Notes: a model not told the origin generated them from the sequence alone. A DNA stretch of 64,000 nt from an uncultured Bacteroidota bacterium (GCA_964544475.1 CAZJBS010000010.1:9961-73960); one strand, 5' to 3'. Shown: positions 20,528-31,040, counted from the first letter of the stretch. Numbers and translations: made by a program.

Positions 20528-21538
20528 TTAACTGCGTTGATCATAGTTCTTTTTCATGAATTCCTGGAACGCCTTCTGTTTTTCTTTGATGGTCCGCCAC
20601 CAGGCTTCGTTGCGAACATACCACTGAATGGTCTCGACGATGGCGTCTTCGAATTTGAATTTCGGAGACCATCCCAGGGCTTTAACCTTGCGACAGTCGA
20701 CGGCGTACCGGCGGTCATGGCCGGGCCGGTCGGCTACCTTTTTGATCAGGGAATCCGGCTTGCGGAGCGTCTGCAGGATGGTCCGGGTGATATCGACATT
20801 CGTACGCTCGTTGCCGCCGCCAATATTGTAAACGTCTCCCGTTTTTCCATGGTGAAGAACGTGATCGACGGCTTCACAATGATCTGTCACGTACAGCCAG
20901 TCCCGCACATTCATGCCGTCGCCATACAAGGGCAGAGGCATTTGGTCGATCGCATTGGTGACGAACAGGGGAATGAGTTTCTCGGGGTATTGATACGGTC
21001 CGTAGTTGTTGGATGCCCGGGTGATGAGCGTCGGCGTGCCGTAGGTGCGAAAATACGCGCGCACCATCATGTCACCGCCCGCCTTGCTGGCCGAATACGG
21101 GCTGTTGGGGGCAAGGGAGGATTCCTCGGTGAATTCGCCATGCTCGATGGAACCGTACACTTCATCGGTCGAAATTTGAAGATACCTTTCGTGGCCGTAC
21201 TTTCTTGCCGCGTCCAGGAGCACCATGGTTCCGATCACATCGGTTTGAACAAAACTGTCGGCTTCGTGAATGGAACGATCCACATGCGTCTCGGCGGCAA
21301 AATTGACAATCGCGTCGACATTGGATGCGAGGTTGTCGACGACGGAGCGATCGCAGATGTTGCCGTGGTAGAAGAAGAACCGGGGATTCCTTTCCAGATC
21401 GGCCAGGTTTTCCCGGTTGCCGGCATACGTCAGCGCATCCAATACGATCAGACGATACGATGGATATTTGGCCAGCATATAGCGGACGAAGTTGCTTCCG
21501 ATGAAACCGGCTCCGCCGGTGACCAACAGAGATAACAC
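20528..21538 (-). CDS. rfbB: dTDP-glucose 4,6-dehydratase
   Basis: 336 aa. GGAGFIGS Rossmann motif, YSASKA catalytic motif, and full-length RfbB-like sequence. Confidence 0.9.
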   Translation of the reverse strand: MLSLLVTGGAGFIGSNFVRYMLAKYPSYRLIVLDALTYAGNRENLADLERNPRFFFYHGNICDRSVVDNLASNVDAIVNFAAETHVDRSIHEADSFVQTDVIGTMVLLDAARKYGHERYLQISTDEVYGSIEHGEFTEESSLAPNSPYSASKAGGDMMVRAYFRTYGTPTLITRASNNYGPYQYPEKLIPLFVTNAIDQMPLPLYGDGMNVRDWLYVTDHCEAVDHVLHHGKTGDVYNIGGGNERTNVDITRTILQTLRKPDSLIKKVADRPGHDRRYAVDCRKVKALGWSPKFKFEDAIVETIQWYVRNEAWWRTIKEKQKAFQEFMKKNYDQRS

Positions 21539-21602
21539 AGTGGGAGACTCCTTACGTTAGCGGTACCAAAATCACATCCGAACGCGAATGCGAGAGTTGC
21601 GA

Positions 21603-22538
21603 TTATTTCTTGAGACTGAGCAGGTACAAAACGGCCATGCGGATGGCCACGCCATTGAGGACCTGGTCGAGAATGACCGAATGGACGCTGTCCGCCACGT
21701 CACTGGTCAATTCGACACCACGATTGATCGGTCCCGGGTGCATGATCGTAATCGGTTTTGCGGCCGCCGCGAGGCGTTCTCGCGTGATGCCAAATTGTTG
21801 CCGGTACTCACGAATGGATGGAAACAGGGCGGCCGCCTGTCTTTCGAGTTGAATCCGCAAAACGTTCAGCACATCGGCATTCCGGATGGCATCCATCACG
21901 TCGGTGTACACTTTGATGCCCAATTCGGTCATCCTGGGTGGTATGAATGTCGAAGGTCCGCACACGGCGACGTCCGCACCCATGGCGCGAAGTCCATGAA
22001 CATTGGACATGGCCACGCGGCTGTGGACAATGTCTCCCACAATAACGACGCGCAATCCAGAAAGGTCTCCATGTTTTTCCCGCAACGTGAAAATATCCAA
22101 CAAACCCTGTGTCGGATGCTCATGGGCGCCATCGCCGGCATTCAGCACATTGGATCGAAGTCGTTCCGACAAAAACTGGGCGGCTCCGGCCGCCGCATGG
22201 CGGATCACCACCATGTCCACTTTCATGGCCTCGATATTCCGGGCCGTGTCTTTCAGGGTTTCGCCCTTGACCGTACTGCTGGCGCTGGCCGTAAAATTGA
22301 TGGTGTCGGCGGAAAGTCTCTTTTGAGCGAGTTCGAAGGAAATGCGCGTGCGGGTCGAGGGTTCGAAAAACAAATTGACGATCGTATAACCCTGAAGCGT
22401 CGGAACTTTCTTGACGGGGCGGCTGAGAACTTCCTTGAATGAAGCCGCCGTATCGAGGATCAGGACGATTTCATCTTTCGTCATGCCCTCGAGGCCCAGG
22501 AGATGACGGCTCCGAAGCTCTGTGGCCATTCCATTCAA
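21603..22538 (-). CDS. pyrB: Aspartate carbamoyltransferase catalytic subunit
   Basis: 311 aa. STRTR carbamoyl-phosphate motif (FEPSTRTRISFE), HPTQ motif (EHPTQGLLD) and HPGP motif (IMHPGPINRG). Confidence 0.9.
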   Translation of the reverse strand: MNGMATELRSRHLLGLEGMTKDEIVLILDTAASFKEVLSRPVKKVPTLQGYTIVNLFFEPSTRTRISFELAQKRLSADTINFTASASSTVKGETLKDTARNIEAMKVDMVVIRHAAAGAAQFLSERLRSNVLNAGDGAHEHPTQGLLDIFTLREKHGDLSGLRVVIVGDIVHSRVAMSNVHGLRAMGADVAVCGPSTFIPPRMTELGIKVYTDVMDAIRNADVLNVLRIQLERQAAALFPSIREYRQQFGITRERLAAAAKPITIMHPGPINRGVELTSDVADSVHSVILDQVLNGVAIRMAVLYLLSLKK

Positions 22539-22662
22539 CCATTCGCAAAATAAATAAACTTGCGCAATATATCATGCGAACCCCTATTAATCAAGGGACA
22601 ATGTGCTCCGCAGATCGCGATAGTTGTTCCCGCGAAGCGGCGCTTCGCGGAACAGCCGGGCC

Positions 22663-25600
22663 TCAGGCGGCCGGGCCGTTCGAATTTTGTTGGCCCCGCA
22701 CACTCTGGATGAGCCCTTTCACCCAGTTTATCCGGTCTTCCATCCATGAATACGTGGTCGGCACGATCACGAGAGTCAGGAACGTCGACACGGACAAGCC
22801 GAAAATGATGGCCACGCCGAGCGGCCTCCAGAAGTCGCTGCTTTCTGCGCCGGTGACGAGGTGAAAATTGCGCCAATCGAAATCCACGCCCGTGGCGAGA
22901 GGTACAATGCCGAGAATCGTCGCCGCCGCCGTCAACAGGACGGGTCGCAAACGTGTGCGGCCGGCTTCCATGAGCGCTTCATCCAACGGCATGCCTCTTT
23001 CCCGCAGGTGTTTCGAAAAATCCAGCAGCACGATCGCATTCCGGACCACAATGCCGGCGAGCGACACGACGCCCACACCGGTCATGATAATGCCAAACGG
23101 CGTCTGAGTCACAAGCAGACCCATGAAAACACCTATGAGCGACAACGGCACGGAAATCATGATGACAAACGGCACGAGCACCGAATTGAATTCCGATACG
23201 ACCACCATGAAGATCAAAAGAATGGTGACAATCATGGCCTTGGCAAGAAAAGCGGAGGCTTTGTCCTGCTCCTTGTTCTCGCCCGTATAATCCAGCTTGT
23301 AACCGCCCGGCAGGGGGAACGACTGCAGGCGTTCTTTCACGTCGTGAAGCACGTCGCTTGAGAGACGGCCCTGGGCATCCGCCGTGATCGTGACCACGCG
23401 CTTGAGGTCTTTGCGACGGATATTGGTTATGCCGCTCGTATGAATGACGGCGGCCACGGAAACCAGAGGCACGGACATCAGCTGGCCCTGTCGGTTCATG
23501 AATGTGATGCTGAGATTTTCAATATCCTTGGGCGATTGGCGCTGTTCTTCGCGCAGACGAACCGTGATCTTGTGTTCATCCTCGCCGATGCGGAATTTGG
23601 ACGCCTCGGCGCCGCTGATGGCCGTGCGCACGACGGAGCCGACCTGGCCGGTGCTGATCTCCAGCAAGGCCGCCTTTTCGCGATCAACGACCACTTCGAT
23701 TTCCGGCCGTCCCTGGTCGTAATCGTCTTTGAGATCAACCAGGCCCTCGATGCCCCTGATTGCATCCTGAATCTGAATGGACAGGGCCGCGAGCGCCTTG
23801 AAATCCTCTCCCGACAATTCGATGCTGATCGCCGCGCCGACCGGCGGGCCCATGTCTTCGGACTGCACTTTGATTTCCGCACCCGGCACATGGCCGGCCG
23901 CTTCACGGATTTCGTCCATGGTGTCAAAGGTGTTTTGCCGGCGTTCCGTCCGCTCGAAGAAGTTGATCGAAATCTGGGATTTGTTCGGTGTGCCGCGTCC
24001 TCCGAAATCAAACGGATCCTCCGACGTGCCGACGTTGGTGACACGAAATTCGATGTCGGTCTTGCCCGGAATTTCACGAACCCGCTCTTCCAACATGGTC
24101 GTTATGCCGTTGGTTACGTCGAGCGGGGTGCCCGGCGGCATCGCCACGTTCACCACGACGCGGTTGGGCTGCGTCTCAGGAAAAAATTCGACGCCTTTGT
24201 TGAACACAACAAAAAGTGCGGTCATGCCGACAAGACCCACACCGGCCAGGATCACCGTCTTCCATTTGTGAGCGAGCGTCCATCGCAACGTGTGCACGTA
24301 TTTCGTCTGCATCATTGGGAAGAAGCGATGATCCACCCAGTGGTACAGCACGGTGAACGGGTTGTACCGGCGCCATAACCCGCCATGCCGGACCGCGTGC
24401 CGCACGCCGGCGATCTCCTTGTGATAGTCGATAAATTGCGCCCCCTGCACCGGACTGATGACAAATGCGGTGAACAGCGACGCGGTCATCGTGATGATCA
24501 GCGTCAATGGCAGGTAGGACATGAAGTCACCGACGACGCCGGGCCAGAACAACATCGGCACAAAACCGGAGATCGTTGTGATCGTCGACGTGGCGACCGG
24601 TACGGCCACCTCGGCCGTGCCGTCCTTGGCCGCCTGGATTGGAGTCTTGCCATACTCCTGCTGATGCCGGTAAATATTCTCGATCACGACGATGGCATCA
24701 TCGACCAGGATACCCAGCACAAGCACCAGCGCAAAAAGCACGACAAAATTGAGCGTGATGCCCATGGCCGACAATACCACGAATCCCGTAAACATCGACA
24801 AGGGAATGGCCGTGCTGATGAGAAATGAGTTTTTCAGGCCGAAGAACATAAACAGGCACACGACCACGAGGAACATGCCGGTCATCATGGAATTTTCAAG
24901 CTCGAAAACCATTCGTTTGATTTCCTTGCTGGCGTCATTGGTGATGCTGACCTCGAGACCGGCGGGAAACGACGGACGCTCCTCTTCAATGATGGCTTTC
25001 ACTTCATCGGCGATTTGGATCAGGTTCTCTCCGGCCCGTTTCCGGACGCTGAGAGTGACCACCGGTTTGTCATTCAGCCGGCTGTAAGTTTGCCGGTCTT
25101 CGAAGGCGTACCGGACTTCAGCCACATCCCGAATATAGATGGGACGTCCGTGCCGCATCTTGACGATGATGTCTTCGATGGGTTTGGGGTTCTTGTACTC
25201 TCCCGGTACGCGAATGCTGTAATCGGTGATAGTGTTGTTGATCGAGCCGCCGGGAATGGTGATGTTTTCTGAACGGATGGCGTCGATCACATCGCCAAAC
25301 CCTATCTGATATCCCTTCAGCCGGTACACGTCGCAAAGAATCTGGACCTCCGGCTCCAGGTCGCCCGTGATGTCGGCGCTGAGCGTGCCGGGCACTGCCT
25401 CGATCCGGTCCTGAAGATCCTCGGCGATTTTCTTGAGCCTCGCCAATCCGAGATCGCCGCCCAGCACGACATACATGATGGGGAATTCGCTGAAATTAAT
25501 TTCGTTGATGAGCGGTTCCAGGATTTCAGACGGTAGTTTTGGTTTCATCTGGTTGACCTTGTCGCGCACGCGGCGAAGGGCTTCGTCAATATCGATGCCG

Positions 25601-25890
25601 GTTTCGAATTCGATCCGGATTGTCGACAGGCCTTCCTTCGATGACGAGGAGATTTCCTTGACGTCCTTCAGGGATTTCAATTCCTTCTCCAGCGGCTGGG
25701 TGACCAGACCTTCCACGTCCGTCGGGCTGACGCCGACATAAGGTACGGACACGATCACGAGAGGAATCGTAATGTCCGGCGCCGCTTCGCGCGGAAGGCT
25801 CGAGTATGAAGAGACACCGAACAACGTGAGCAGGGCCACGAGGATGTAGACGGTGACTTTATTGTCGACGGCCAGATTGGAGAGTTTCAT
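22663..25890 (-). CDS. RND efflux transporter permease (AcrB/HAE1 family)
   Basis: About 1075 aa from the internal start MKLSNLAVDNKV. It has the two large periplasmic loops and 12 TM helices of AcrB-like pumps. Confidence 0.9.
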   Translation of the reverse strand: MKLSNLAVDNKVTVYILVALLTLFGVSSYSSLPREAAPDITIPLVIVSVPYVGVSPTDVEGLVTQPLEKELKSLKDVKEISSSSKEGLSTIRIEFETGIDIDEALRRVRDKVNQMKPKLPSEILEPLINEINFSEFPIMYVVLGGDLGLARLKKIAEDLQDRIEAVPGTLSADITGDLEPEVQILCDVYRLKGYQIGFGDVIDAIRSENITIPGGSINNTITDYSIRVPGEYKNPKPIEDIIVKMRHGRPIYIRDVAEVRYAFEDRQTYSRLNDKPVVTLSVRKRAGENLIQIADEVKAIIEEERPSFPAGLEVSITNDASKEIKRMVFELENSMMTGMFLVVVCLFMFFGLKNSFLISTAIPLSMFTGFVVLSAMGITLNFVVLFALVLVLGILVDDAIVVIENIYRHQQEYGKTPIQAAKDGTAEVAVPVATSTITTISGFVPMLFWPGVVGDFMSYLPLTLIITMTASLFTAFVISPVQGAQFIDYHKEIAGVRHAVRHGGLWRRYNPFTVLYHWVDHRFFPMMQTKYVHTLRWTLAHKWKTVILAGVGLVGMTALFVVFNKGVEFFPETQPNRVVVNVAMPPGTPLDVTNGITTMLEERVREIPGKTDIEFRVTNVGTSEDPFDFGGRGTPNKSQISINFFERTERRQNTFDTMDEIREAAGHVPGAEIKVQSEDMGPPVGAAISIELSGEDFKALAALSIQIQDAIRGIEGLVDLKDDYDQGRPEIEVVVDREKAALLEISTGQVGSVVRTAISGAEASKFRIGEDEHKITVRLREEQRQSPKDIENLSITFMNRQGQLMSVPLVSVAAVIHTSGITNIRRKDLKRVVTITADAQGRLSSDVLHDVKERLQSFPLPGGYKLDYTGENKEQDKASAFLAKAMIVTILLIFMVVVSEFNSVLVPFVIMISVPLSLIGVFMGLLVTQTPFGIIMTGVGVVSLAGIVVRNAIVLLDFSKHLRERGMPLDEALMEAGRTRLRPVLLTAAATILGIVPLATGVDFDWRNFHLVTGAESSDFWRPLGVAIIFGLSVSTFLTLVIVPTTYSWMEDRINWVKGLIQSVRGQQNSNGPAA

Positions 25891-25912
25891 GAAAGTGCGT
25901 CCTTGTGCCGGT

Positions 25913-26989
25913 TCAGTTCTGGATGGAAATGGGCTGCGCGTTGACGAGATTCTGGAAACCGGCGACAATCAGCTCGTCGCCATCGTTCAATCCTTCGAGG
26001 ATACGTACGAGGTATCCGTCTGTTCCACCGATCCGAACGGCTCGCTCGACGGCGTGGCCGTCTTTGGCGACATACACGACGTGTCGCCCGACGTCCACTT
26101 GCTGGACATAATCCTGCGGAATGGCTATGGCCGACGCACCGGCGCTAAGCTTGAGCGTGACACGGGCCATCATGTTGGGCTTGATGCGTGAGCCCGAATT
26201 GGAAAAATACACTTCCGTTGGAATGGTGCGGTTGTCCACGGCCACCGCCGCTCCGACATAACCGATTTGGCCGGAAAACGTTTCGCCCGGCACGGGATCG
26301 ACGGAAAAATCAATGGTTTGGCCGACACGGATGAGACCGGCGTATCGTTCGGGAACGCCAAGCAGGATTTTGAGGCTCCGTTGATCGATCACATGGACGG
26401 CCGGCATGCCGGGGCCGATCATCTCGCCTTCATCGACGTACCGGTCGTTGACAATGCCGTTGACCGGCGAGATGATACTGGTATGTTCGAAACGTCGGCG
26501 GGCCATGTCGAGCTGGGCTTTGGCCGCATCGCGCTGATACTCCAGGTTCTTGAGTTGAAGTTCTGAAATGGCCTGCTCATCGTACGCCTTCTTCTGTTTT
26601 TCGTAGTTCACGTCGGCCATATTGAATTGGGCGGTGGCGGCGTCAAAAGCGGCTTTGAGCAAAGAGGCGTCGATGCGGCCCATCACCTGGCCTGCAGACA
26701 CCGGCGAGCCCTTGCCCACCAGCCATTCCACAAGTCGACCGCCTTCCTCAGCCGGCACAATGATATCGTTTGTCGACTCGATGGAACCCGTGAGCTTGAT
26801 GGTTTCGGCAAAATCGACCGGCTTGATGGTCTGCGTTTTGACGACCACGGCGGTGGTTTGGAGTCGTTCTTTCTTGGAGGATTCGGCGTTGGAATTTCCG
26901 CACGAATGGATGCCGGTGGCCAAAACCACGGCGGCAATAATTGTCAACACGGCTTTCATAGGGCGCCTCATTCCGGTTTGTTTGAACAA
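25913..26989 (-). CDS. RND efflux periplasmic adaptor (membrane-fusion protein)
   Basis: 358 aa, lipoprotein-like N-terminus with a Cys in the signal region. Coiled-coil, lipoyl and beta-barrel MFP architecture. It sits between the RND permease and the TolC-like gene. Confidence 0.8.
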   Translation of the reverse strand: MFKQTGMRRPMKAVLTIIAAVVLATGIHSCGNSNAESSKKERLQTTAVVVKTQTIKPVDFAETIKLTGSIESTNDIIVPAEEGGRLVEWLVGKGSPVSAGQVMGRIDASLLKAAFDAATAQFNMADVNYEKQKKAYDEQAISELQLKNLEYQRDAAKAQLDMARRRFEHTSIISPVNGIVNDRYVDEGEMIGPGMPAVHVIDQRSLKILLGVPERYAGLIRVGQTIDFSVDPVPGETFSGQIGYVGAAVAVDNRTIPTEVYFSNSGSRIKPNMMARVTLKLSAGASAIAIPQDYVQQVDVGRHVVYVAKDGHAVERAVRIGGTDGYLVRILEGLNDGDELIVAGFQNLVNAQPISIQN

Positions 26990-28272
26990 AAGATTTCGTC
27001 GAGATCGGCCACGGCCATCAGGTGATCAAAAACGGCCTGTACACGATTGAGCCGGGCGCGCAGGAGCGCGACATCCGCGTCGTTCACTTCCAACTGGGTG
27101 CCACTCCCGGTTCGATAGCGTGTGGTGGCTATTTGGTAAGTCTTTTCGGCAAGTTCCACGGTGCGTTGCTGGCTGCGAACGCGGCGTTCGGCTTCGTGGA
27201 TGCGCAGTTTGATCGACTGGACCTGCGTCCGCAACGTTGTTTTGAGATTGGAAATTTGTTCCTCGGTTTTGCGCTTGTCGGATTGCGCCTGGCTGACGCG
27301 GGACGTGGTCTGAAATCCGTTGAAGAGATTGACACTGAGCGACAGACCGACTTGCGAACTGGAAATAAAATCCCTGGATCCGATCGCCAGCGAATTCTTC
27401 TGTGCCTGCCATTGGTAATTACCAAAGGCGGCAAGCGTCGGCAGGTATTCCGAACGCGTGATGGTCATGACTTTGCCGCTGATATCCCGCTGGTATTCGA
27501 GCCACCGGACGGTCGCGTTGTCGTCGACGAGCGATTCAACGATGCGCAGGCTGTCCACAGGCTGGAATTCGAGGGCGCCGGTCACGTCCAGGGGTTCATC
27601 CGCACCGAGGCCGATGGCTATTTTCAGTGCGTTCAGGGCGACCAGCACGTTCTTTTCCGCCTCGATGACCATCGGACGCACGTTTTCCACCTGAACTTCC
27701 GCACGAATGCGGTCGTAGTCGGATACGATGCCTTGTTCATTTAGAATGCGGACGTTGTTGAAGTTTTCTTCGGCGTTTTTCATGGAGGCCACGGTCGTGG
27801 CATGGACCTGCCGGGTGAGCAACGCCGCATAGAAAGCCCGTTGGGTGTTGGTGACGGTCCGGTTATAAACGGCCCGGTAGTTTTCGTGCGACGCTTTTTC
27901 CCAGACCGATGCCGTACCCACACCGATAAAAACGGCGGAATTGAAGAGCACCTGCGTGGCCGTAAAACCGGCCTGCACGGCATTGTCGGAACCGACCCTG
28001 ATCGGCGTGACTTTGCCTTCCATTTCGAAGAAGAAAACAGGCACTTTCAACGCACGGGTATAAGTTGCGTCGAAATTGAGCGACGGCATCGCATGGCCCC
28101 ACGCCTGACGCACCTGTTGATCCGCCTTGTCCATGTCCAATCGTGCGATTTTCAGATCGGCGTTGTTGGCGATAGCGGTCCGGATGGCGTCTCCGAGCGA
28201 GAGGGTCTTCGAGGTCTGTGCCGATGCGGAGACGGCGAGTGCGAAACCCAGAATCGCAACGATGAATCTCAT
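26968..28272 (-). CDS. TolC-like outer-membrane efflux protein
   Basis: Start placed at MRFIVAILGFALAVSASAQ. Two OEP repeats. It overlaps the upstream tetR stop by 4 bp. Confidence 0.75.
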   Translation of the reverse strand: MRFIVAILGFALAVSASAQTSKTLSLGDAIRTAIANNADLKIARLDMDKADQQVRQAWGHAMPSLNFDATYTRALKVPVFFFEMEGKVTPIRVGSDNAVQAGFTATQVLFNSAVFIGVGTASVWEKASHENYRAVYNRTVTNTQRAFYAALLTRQVHATTVASMKNAEENFNNVRILNEQGIVSDYDRIRAEVQVENVRPMVIEAEKNVLVALNALKIAIGLGADEPLDVTGALEFQPVDSLRIVESLVDDNATVRWLEYQRDISGKVMTITRSEYLPTLAAFGNYQWQAQKNSLAIGSRDFISSSQVGLSLSVNLFNGFQTTSRVSQAQSDKRKTEEQISNLKTTLRTQVQSIKLRIHEAERRVRSQQRTVELAEKTYQIATTRYRTGSGTQLEVNDADVALLRARLNRVQAVFDHLMAVADLDEIFCSNKPE

Positions 28273-28898
28273 ATGGGCAACTCCTGCGTCAGAGGCATCG
28301 GCGTCCCATGCGCGAGTCCGATGCCGTGTAACAAGTTGTCGATCGATTTTTTCCACTCGTCGGCGGGATTGATTTTCCCGTCGTAATTCCACTGAATGAT
28401 CAGGCCGTCGAAAAGCGCAATGATTTGCCGTGCCAGGGACTCCGGATCCACCCCGGGCTTCAAAATCTGTCGCTGGATGGCGCTGTGGATGAACTCACCG
28501 GCTTTGGTTTTGTGGTCATGGTACATCCGTGTCAGTTTTTTCCGGATGCCGGCGTTTTCGATGGACAGGCTCCACAATTGCATGAAAAAATGGGGATAAG
28601 TGTCAAGATCGCTTTGGGTCATCAAATACTTCGGATATTCATAGAGCAATTCGTCCAGTTGACATTCGAGAGCCATTTTGAAAAGCGCCTGTTGGCTTCG
28701 TTCGGTCCAGTTGTCGACCATGGCGAGGATGAGTTCGTCTTTGCTTTTGTAGTACCAATAGACGGCGCCCTTGCTCAATCCCGCCACTTTGGCGATTTCG
28801 TCCATGGTTACCGAGTCGAAATTCCTTGCGGAAAGACACTTGAAGGCCGCCTTCAGGATTTGTTCCTTTCTGGTACCTTCCAAGTCGGTTGATTCCAT
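28269..28898 (-). CDS. TetR/AcrR-family transcriptional regulator
   Basis: 209 aa. N-terminal TetR HTH (ILKAAFKCLSARNFDSVTMDEIAKVAGLSKGAVYWYYKSKDEL). It is the first gene of the tetR-tolC-MFP-RND operon. Confidence 0.85.
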   Translation of the reverse strand: MESTDLEGTRKEQILKAAFKCLSARNFDSVTMDEIAKVAGLSKGAVYWYYKSKDELILAMVDNWTERSQQALFKMALECQLDELLYEYPKYLMTQSDLDTYPHFFMQLWSLSIENAGIRKKLTRMYHDHKTKAGEFIHSAIQRQILKPGVDPESLARQIIALFDGLIIQWNYDGKINPADEWKKSIDNLLHGIGLAHGTPMPLTQELPI

Positions 28899-28930
28899 GA
28901 CTTGCCCGATTTGATATTGTTAAATATTGT

Positions 28931-28951
28931 TTTAGATAAATTGTATCTAAA
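28931..28951. promoter_or_regulatory. Candidate TetR operator palindrome upstream of the efflux operon
   Basis: TAGATAaattgTATCTA inverted repeat about 35 bp upstream of the tetR start, in an AT-rich promoter region. A second A/T palindrome-like stretch (atattgttaaatat) lies just 5' of it. Confidence 0.35.
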
Positions 28952-29051
28952 TCATCGACTGACTGGTCGGTCGAAATATAGGATATGAGTATTTGTTTGT
29001 CAAATGTTTTCACGGGGATCTAGCGGAAATAACGACTGTGAGAGAGCCGGC

Positions 29052-30068
29052 TTAGACCGTGGCCCCGCCACAGCTGCTTCCGCCGCCGGCCGTACAACCA
29101 AAACAATGGGAATCCACCCGAATGCGACGCGCCACGACTTCGTCATAATTGAAATGCCAAATGTCCAGCGGCTTCTTTCCGGAAGCCGGCATGTCCAGCA
29201 TCTGGTTGAAATCGCAGTCGTAAATCGTGCCATCATATCCCACACTGATGAGCGTGCGGCACATCACGCCCAGCGCCGCGGCCGGATTGAATGCACCGAT
29301 CAGTTTATCCATGTACTCCCCATACTTGCCTGTCCGTTCGAGTTCTTCCCGAAAACGATGAATGGGCATGTTGGTGATGGTGAAAAGCCGGTTGAAATGG
29401 AGGCCAAATTTGCTCTTCAGGTTGCGCTTGTAATCGGCTTCCAACGAGGCCTGGGCCGCAGGCAAATACGTACCGACCGGATTGTAAACCAGATCAAGCA
29501 CGAGGCCGCTTCCCTCCATCCCGTAACCCAAATCGTTTAAGAGACGCATGGACTCAACGCTCTTGGCGAAAACGCCTTTGCCGCGCTGGCGATCGGTGAA
29601 ATATTCCTCATAATATGGCAATGACGAGACGACCTCGACGCCATGCTCGGCGTAGAAGCGTGGCAGATATCGCTTGGATTCGCCCGTCTCCGGATGCCCA
29701 TCCAACGTCACCGTCAGATTATGACGGACCATCACGTGTTTGCCGAGTTGACGGGCGGTCGTGACCATGTGGTCGAAGTGGGCATTGAGTTCGGGAGCGC
29801 CGCCCGTGATATCCAGCGTCCGGATGAGATCATGACCGGCCAGGATCTCCAGGCAACGGTCGATGGTTTTTCGATCCATGTGTTCCGTTCGCCTGGGTGA
29901 TGCATCCACGTGGCAATGACGACAGGCCTGGTTGCACTGGCGTGTGACGTTGACCTGAAGAGTCGTCACCGACAATGGAGGAATTTCGAGCCGATGACGC
30001 TGCAGCATCGCGTCGAAATCATACGGGGAAACGGGAAGAACCGGCAACAAAGGAAAGAGTTCGGCCAT
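29052..30068 (-). CDS. arsS: Arsenosugar-biosynthesis-type radical SAM protein
   Basis: 338 aa. CNQACRHC radical SAM cluster motif, ITGGAPELN, and the characteristic C-terminal Cys/Gly-rich tail (CFGCTAGGGSSCGGA) of the ArsS family. Confidence 0.65.
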   Translation of the reverse strand: MAELFPLLPVLPVSPYDFDAMLQRHRLEIPPLSVTTLQVNVTRQCNQACRHCHVDASPRRTEHMDRKTIDRCLEILAGHDLIRTLDITGGAPELNAHFDHMVTTARQLGKHVMVRHNLTVTLDGHPETGESKRYLPRFYAEHGVEVVSSLPYYEEYFTDRQRGKGVFAKSVESMRLLNDLGYGMEGSGLVLDLVYNPVGTYLPAAQASLEADYKRNLKSKFGLHFNRLFTITNMPIHRFREELERTGKYGEYMDKLIGAFNPAAALGVMCRTLISVGYDGTIYDCDFNQMLDMPASGKKPLDIWHFNYDEVVARRIRVDSHCFGCTAGGGSSCGGATV

Positions 30069-30074
30069 GTCGTC

Positions 30075-30410
30075 TCACTCCACATTTTCACGTTCGAGGA
30101 CGTTGTGCATTTGCACGCCGTGCACGAGCGTCATACCGGCCTCCATCACAGCCGCCACGTGGACCGCTTCGGTCATCTGGTCGGGGCTCGCACCTGTTTC
30201 AAGACATTGGGTGGTGTAGGCGTCGATGCAATACGGACACTGTTTGGCGTGCGCCACGGCCAGCGCGATCAATGCCTTTTCTCGTTTGGTCAGCGCGCCG
30301 TCCTCTCCGGTCACCTTGCCATAATACGCAAAGAACAAATCCATGAGTTCTTTGCGGAATTTGCCGAAATCGGCAAAACGGCCGAGGTCCTTGCTTTCGT
30401 AGTAATTCAT
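30075..30410 (-). CDS. AhpD-like (carboxymuconolactone decarboxylase family) peroxidase-like protein, arsenosugar-cluster associated
   Basis: 111 aa with the AhpD CxxC motif (HAKQCPYCID). It is directly downstream of arsS with a 6-bp gap, the arrangement seen in arsS clusters. Confidence 0.6.
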   Translation of the reverse strand: MNYYESKDLGRFADFGKFRKELMDLFFAYYGKVTGEDGALTKREKALIALAVAHAKQCPYCIDAYTTQCLETGASPDQMTEAVHVAAVMEAGMTLVHGVQMHNVLERENVE

Positions 30411-30617
30411 GATACTCCTGGTGAATGACGTGATGACGCCCTCAAGGGGACGAATTCCAATATGGTCCTAATAATCGCAGAGTTGAAACAGAAAAACGAT
30501 GATGATTCAAAAAAATTCCGTGGCGTCATGCCAACGTTCCGTCTTGCTGAAAACCATTTTATGTATTTGAATTTCATGTCAATTTCATGCAAACTCCATC
30601 ACACGGAAAGGAAGACC

Positions 30618-31016
30618 ATGAAGGATATCGTTGCCTTGCTGAAGGAAGAGGGGATCGTGATTGCTGTCGTCGGCGCCAATGACCATCCCGGGAAATACGG
30701 CCACACCATCTATCGCGATCTGAAACGAAAAGGGTACCGCGTCGTTCCCGTCAATCCCAACCGTCCGACCGTGGACGGCGATCCGGCGTATGCTTCGCTG
30801 GCCGATCTTCCGGAAAAACCGGGCATGGTTAATATCGTGACTCCGCCGAACATTACGATCACGGTGCTCGCGCAATGCGAAAAACTCGGCTTGCCCAATG
30901 TATGGCTCCAACCGGGTTCCGAAGATGACGCCGTCATGGCATTTCTTGAAGGAAGCCAGCTCAATCACCTGGCCAACGCATGTATCATGGTCGAAAGCAA
31001 GTATCACCAGACGTAG
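30618..31016 (+). CDS. CoA-binding domain protein (YccU-like)
   Basis: Start moved to ATG at 30618 (MKDIVALLKEEGIVIAVVGANDHPGKYGHTIYRDL), preceded by a ggaaagga Shine-Dalgarno sequence. 132 aa. Confidence 0.6.
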   Translation: MKDIVALLKEEGIVIAVVGANDHPGKYGHTIYRDLKRKGYRVVPVNPNRPTVDGDPAYASLADLPEKPGMVNIVTPPNITITVLAQCEKLGLPNVWLQPGSEDDAVMAFLEGSQLNHLANACIMVESKYHQT

Positions 31017-31040
31017 ACGTATGATTTCGGCACCAGCGGT

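Noticed and set aside
20537-21535. 332-aa + strand ORF
   Set aside because: It exactly mirrors rfbB on the opposite strand. rfbB has unambiguous motifs and this ORF has none.
21588-22442. 284-aa + strand ORF
   Set aside because: It is antisense within pyrB.
23440-24378. 312-aa + strand ORF, plus other long ORFs inside 22663-25890
   Set aside because: They are antisense within the RND permease gene.
27022-27744. 240-aa + strand ORF
   Set aside because: It is antisense within the TolC-like gene.
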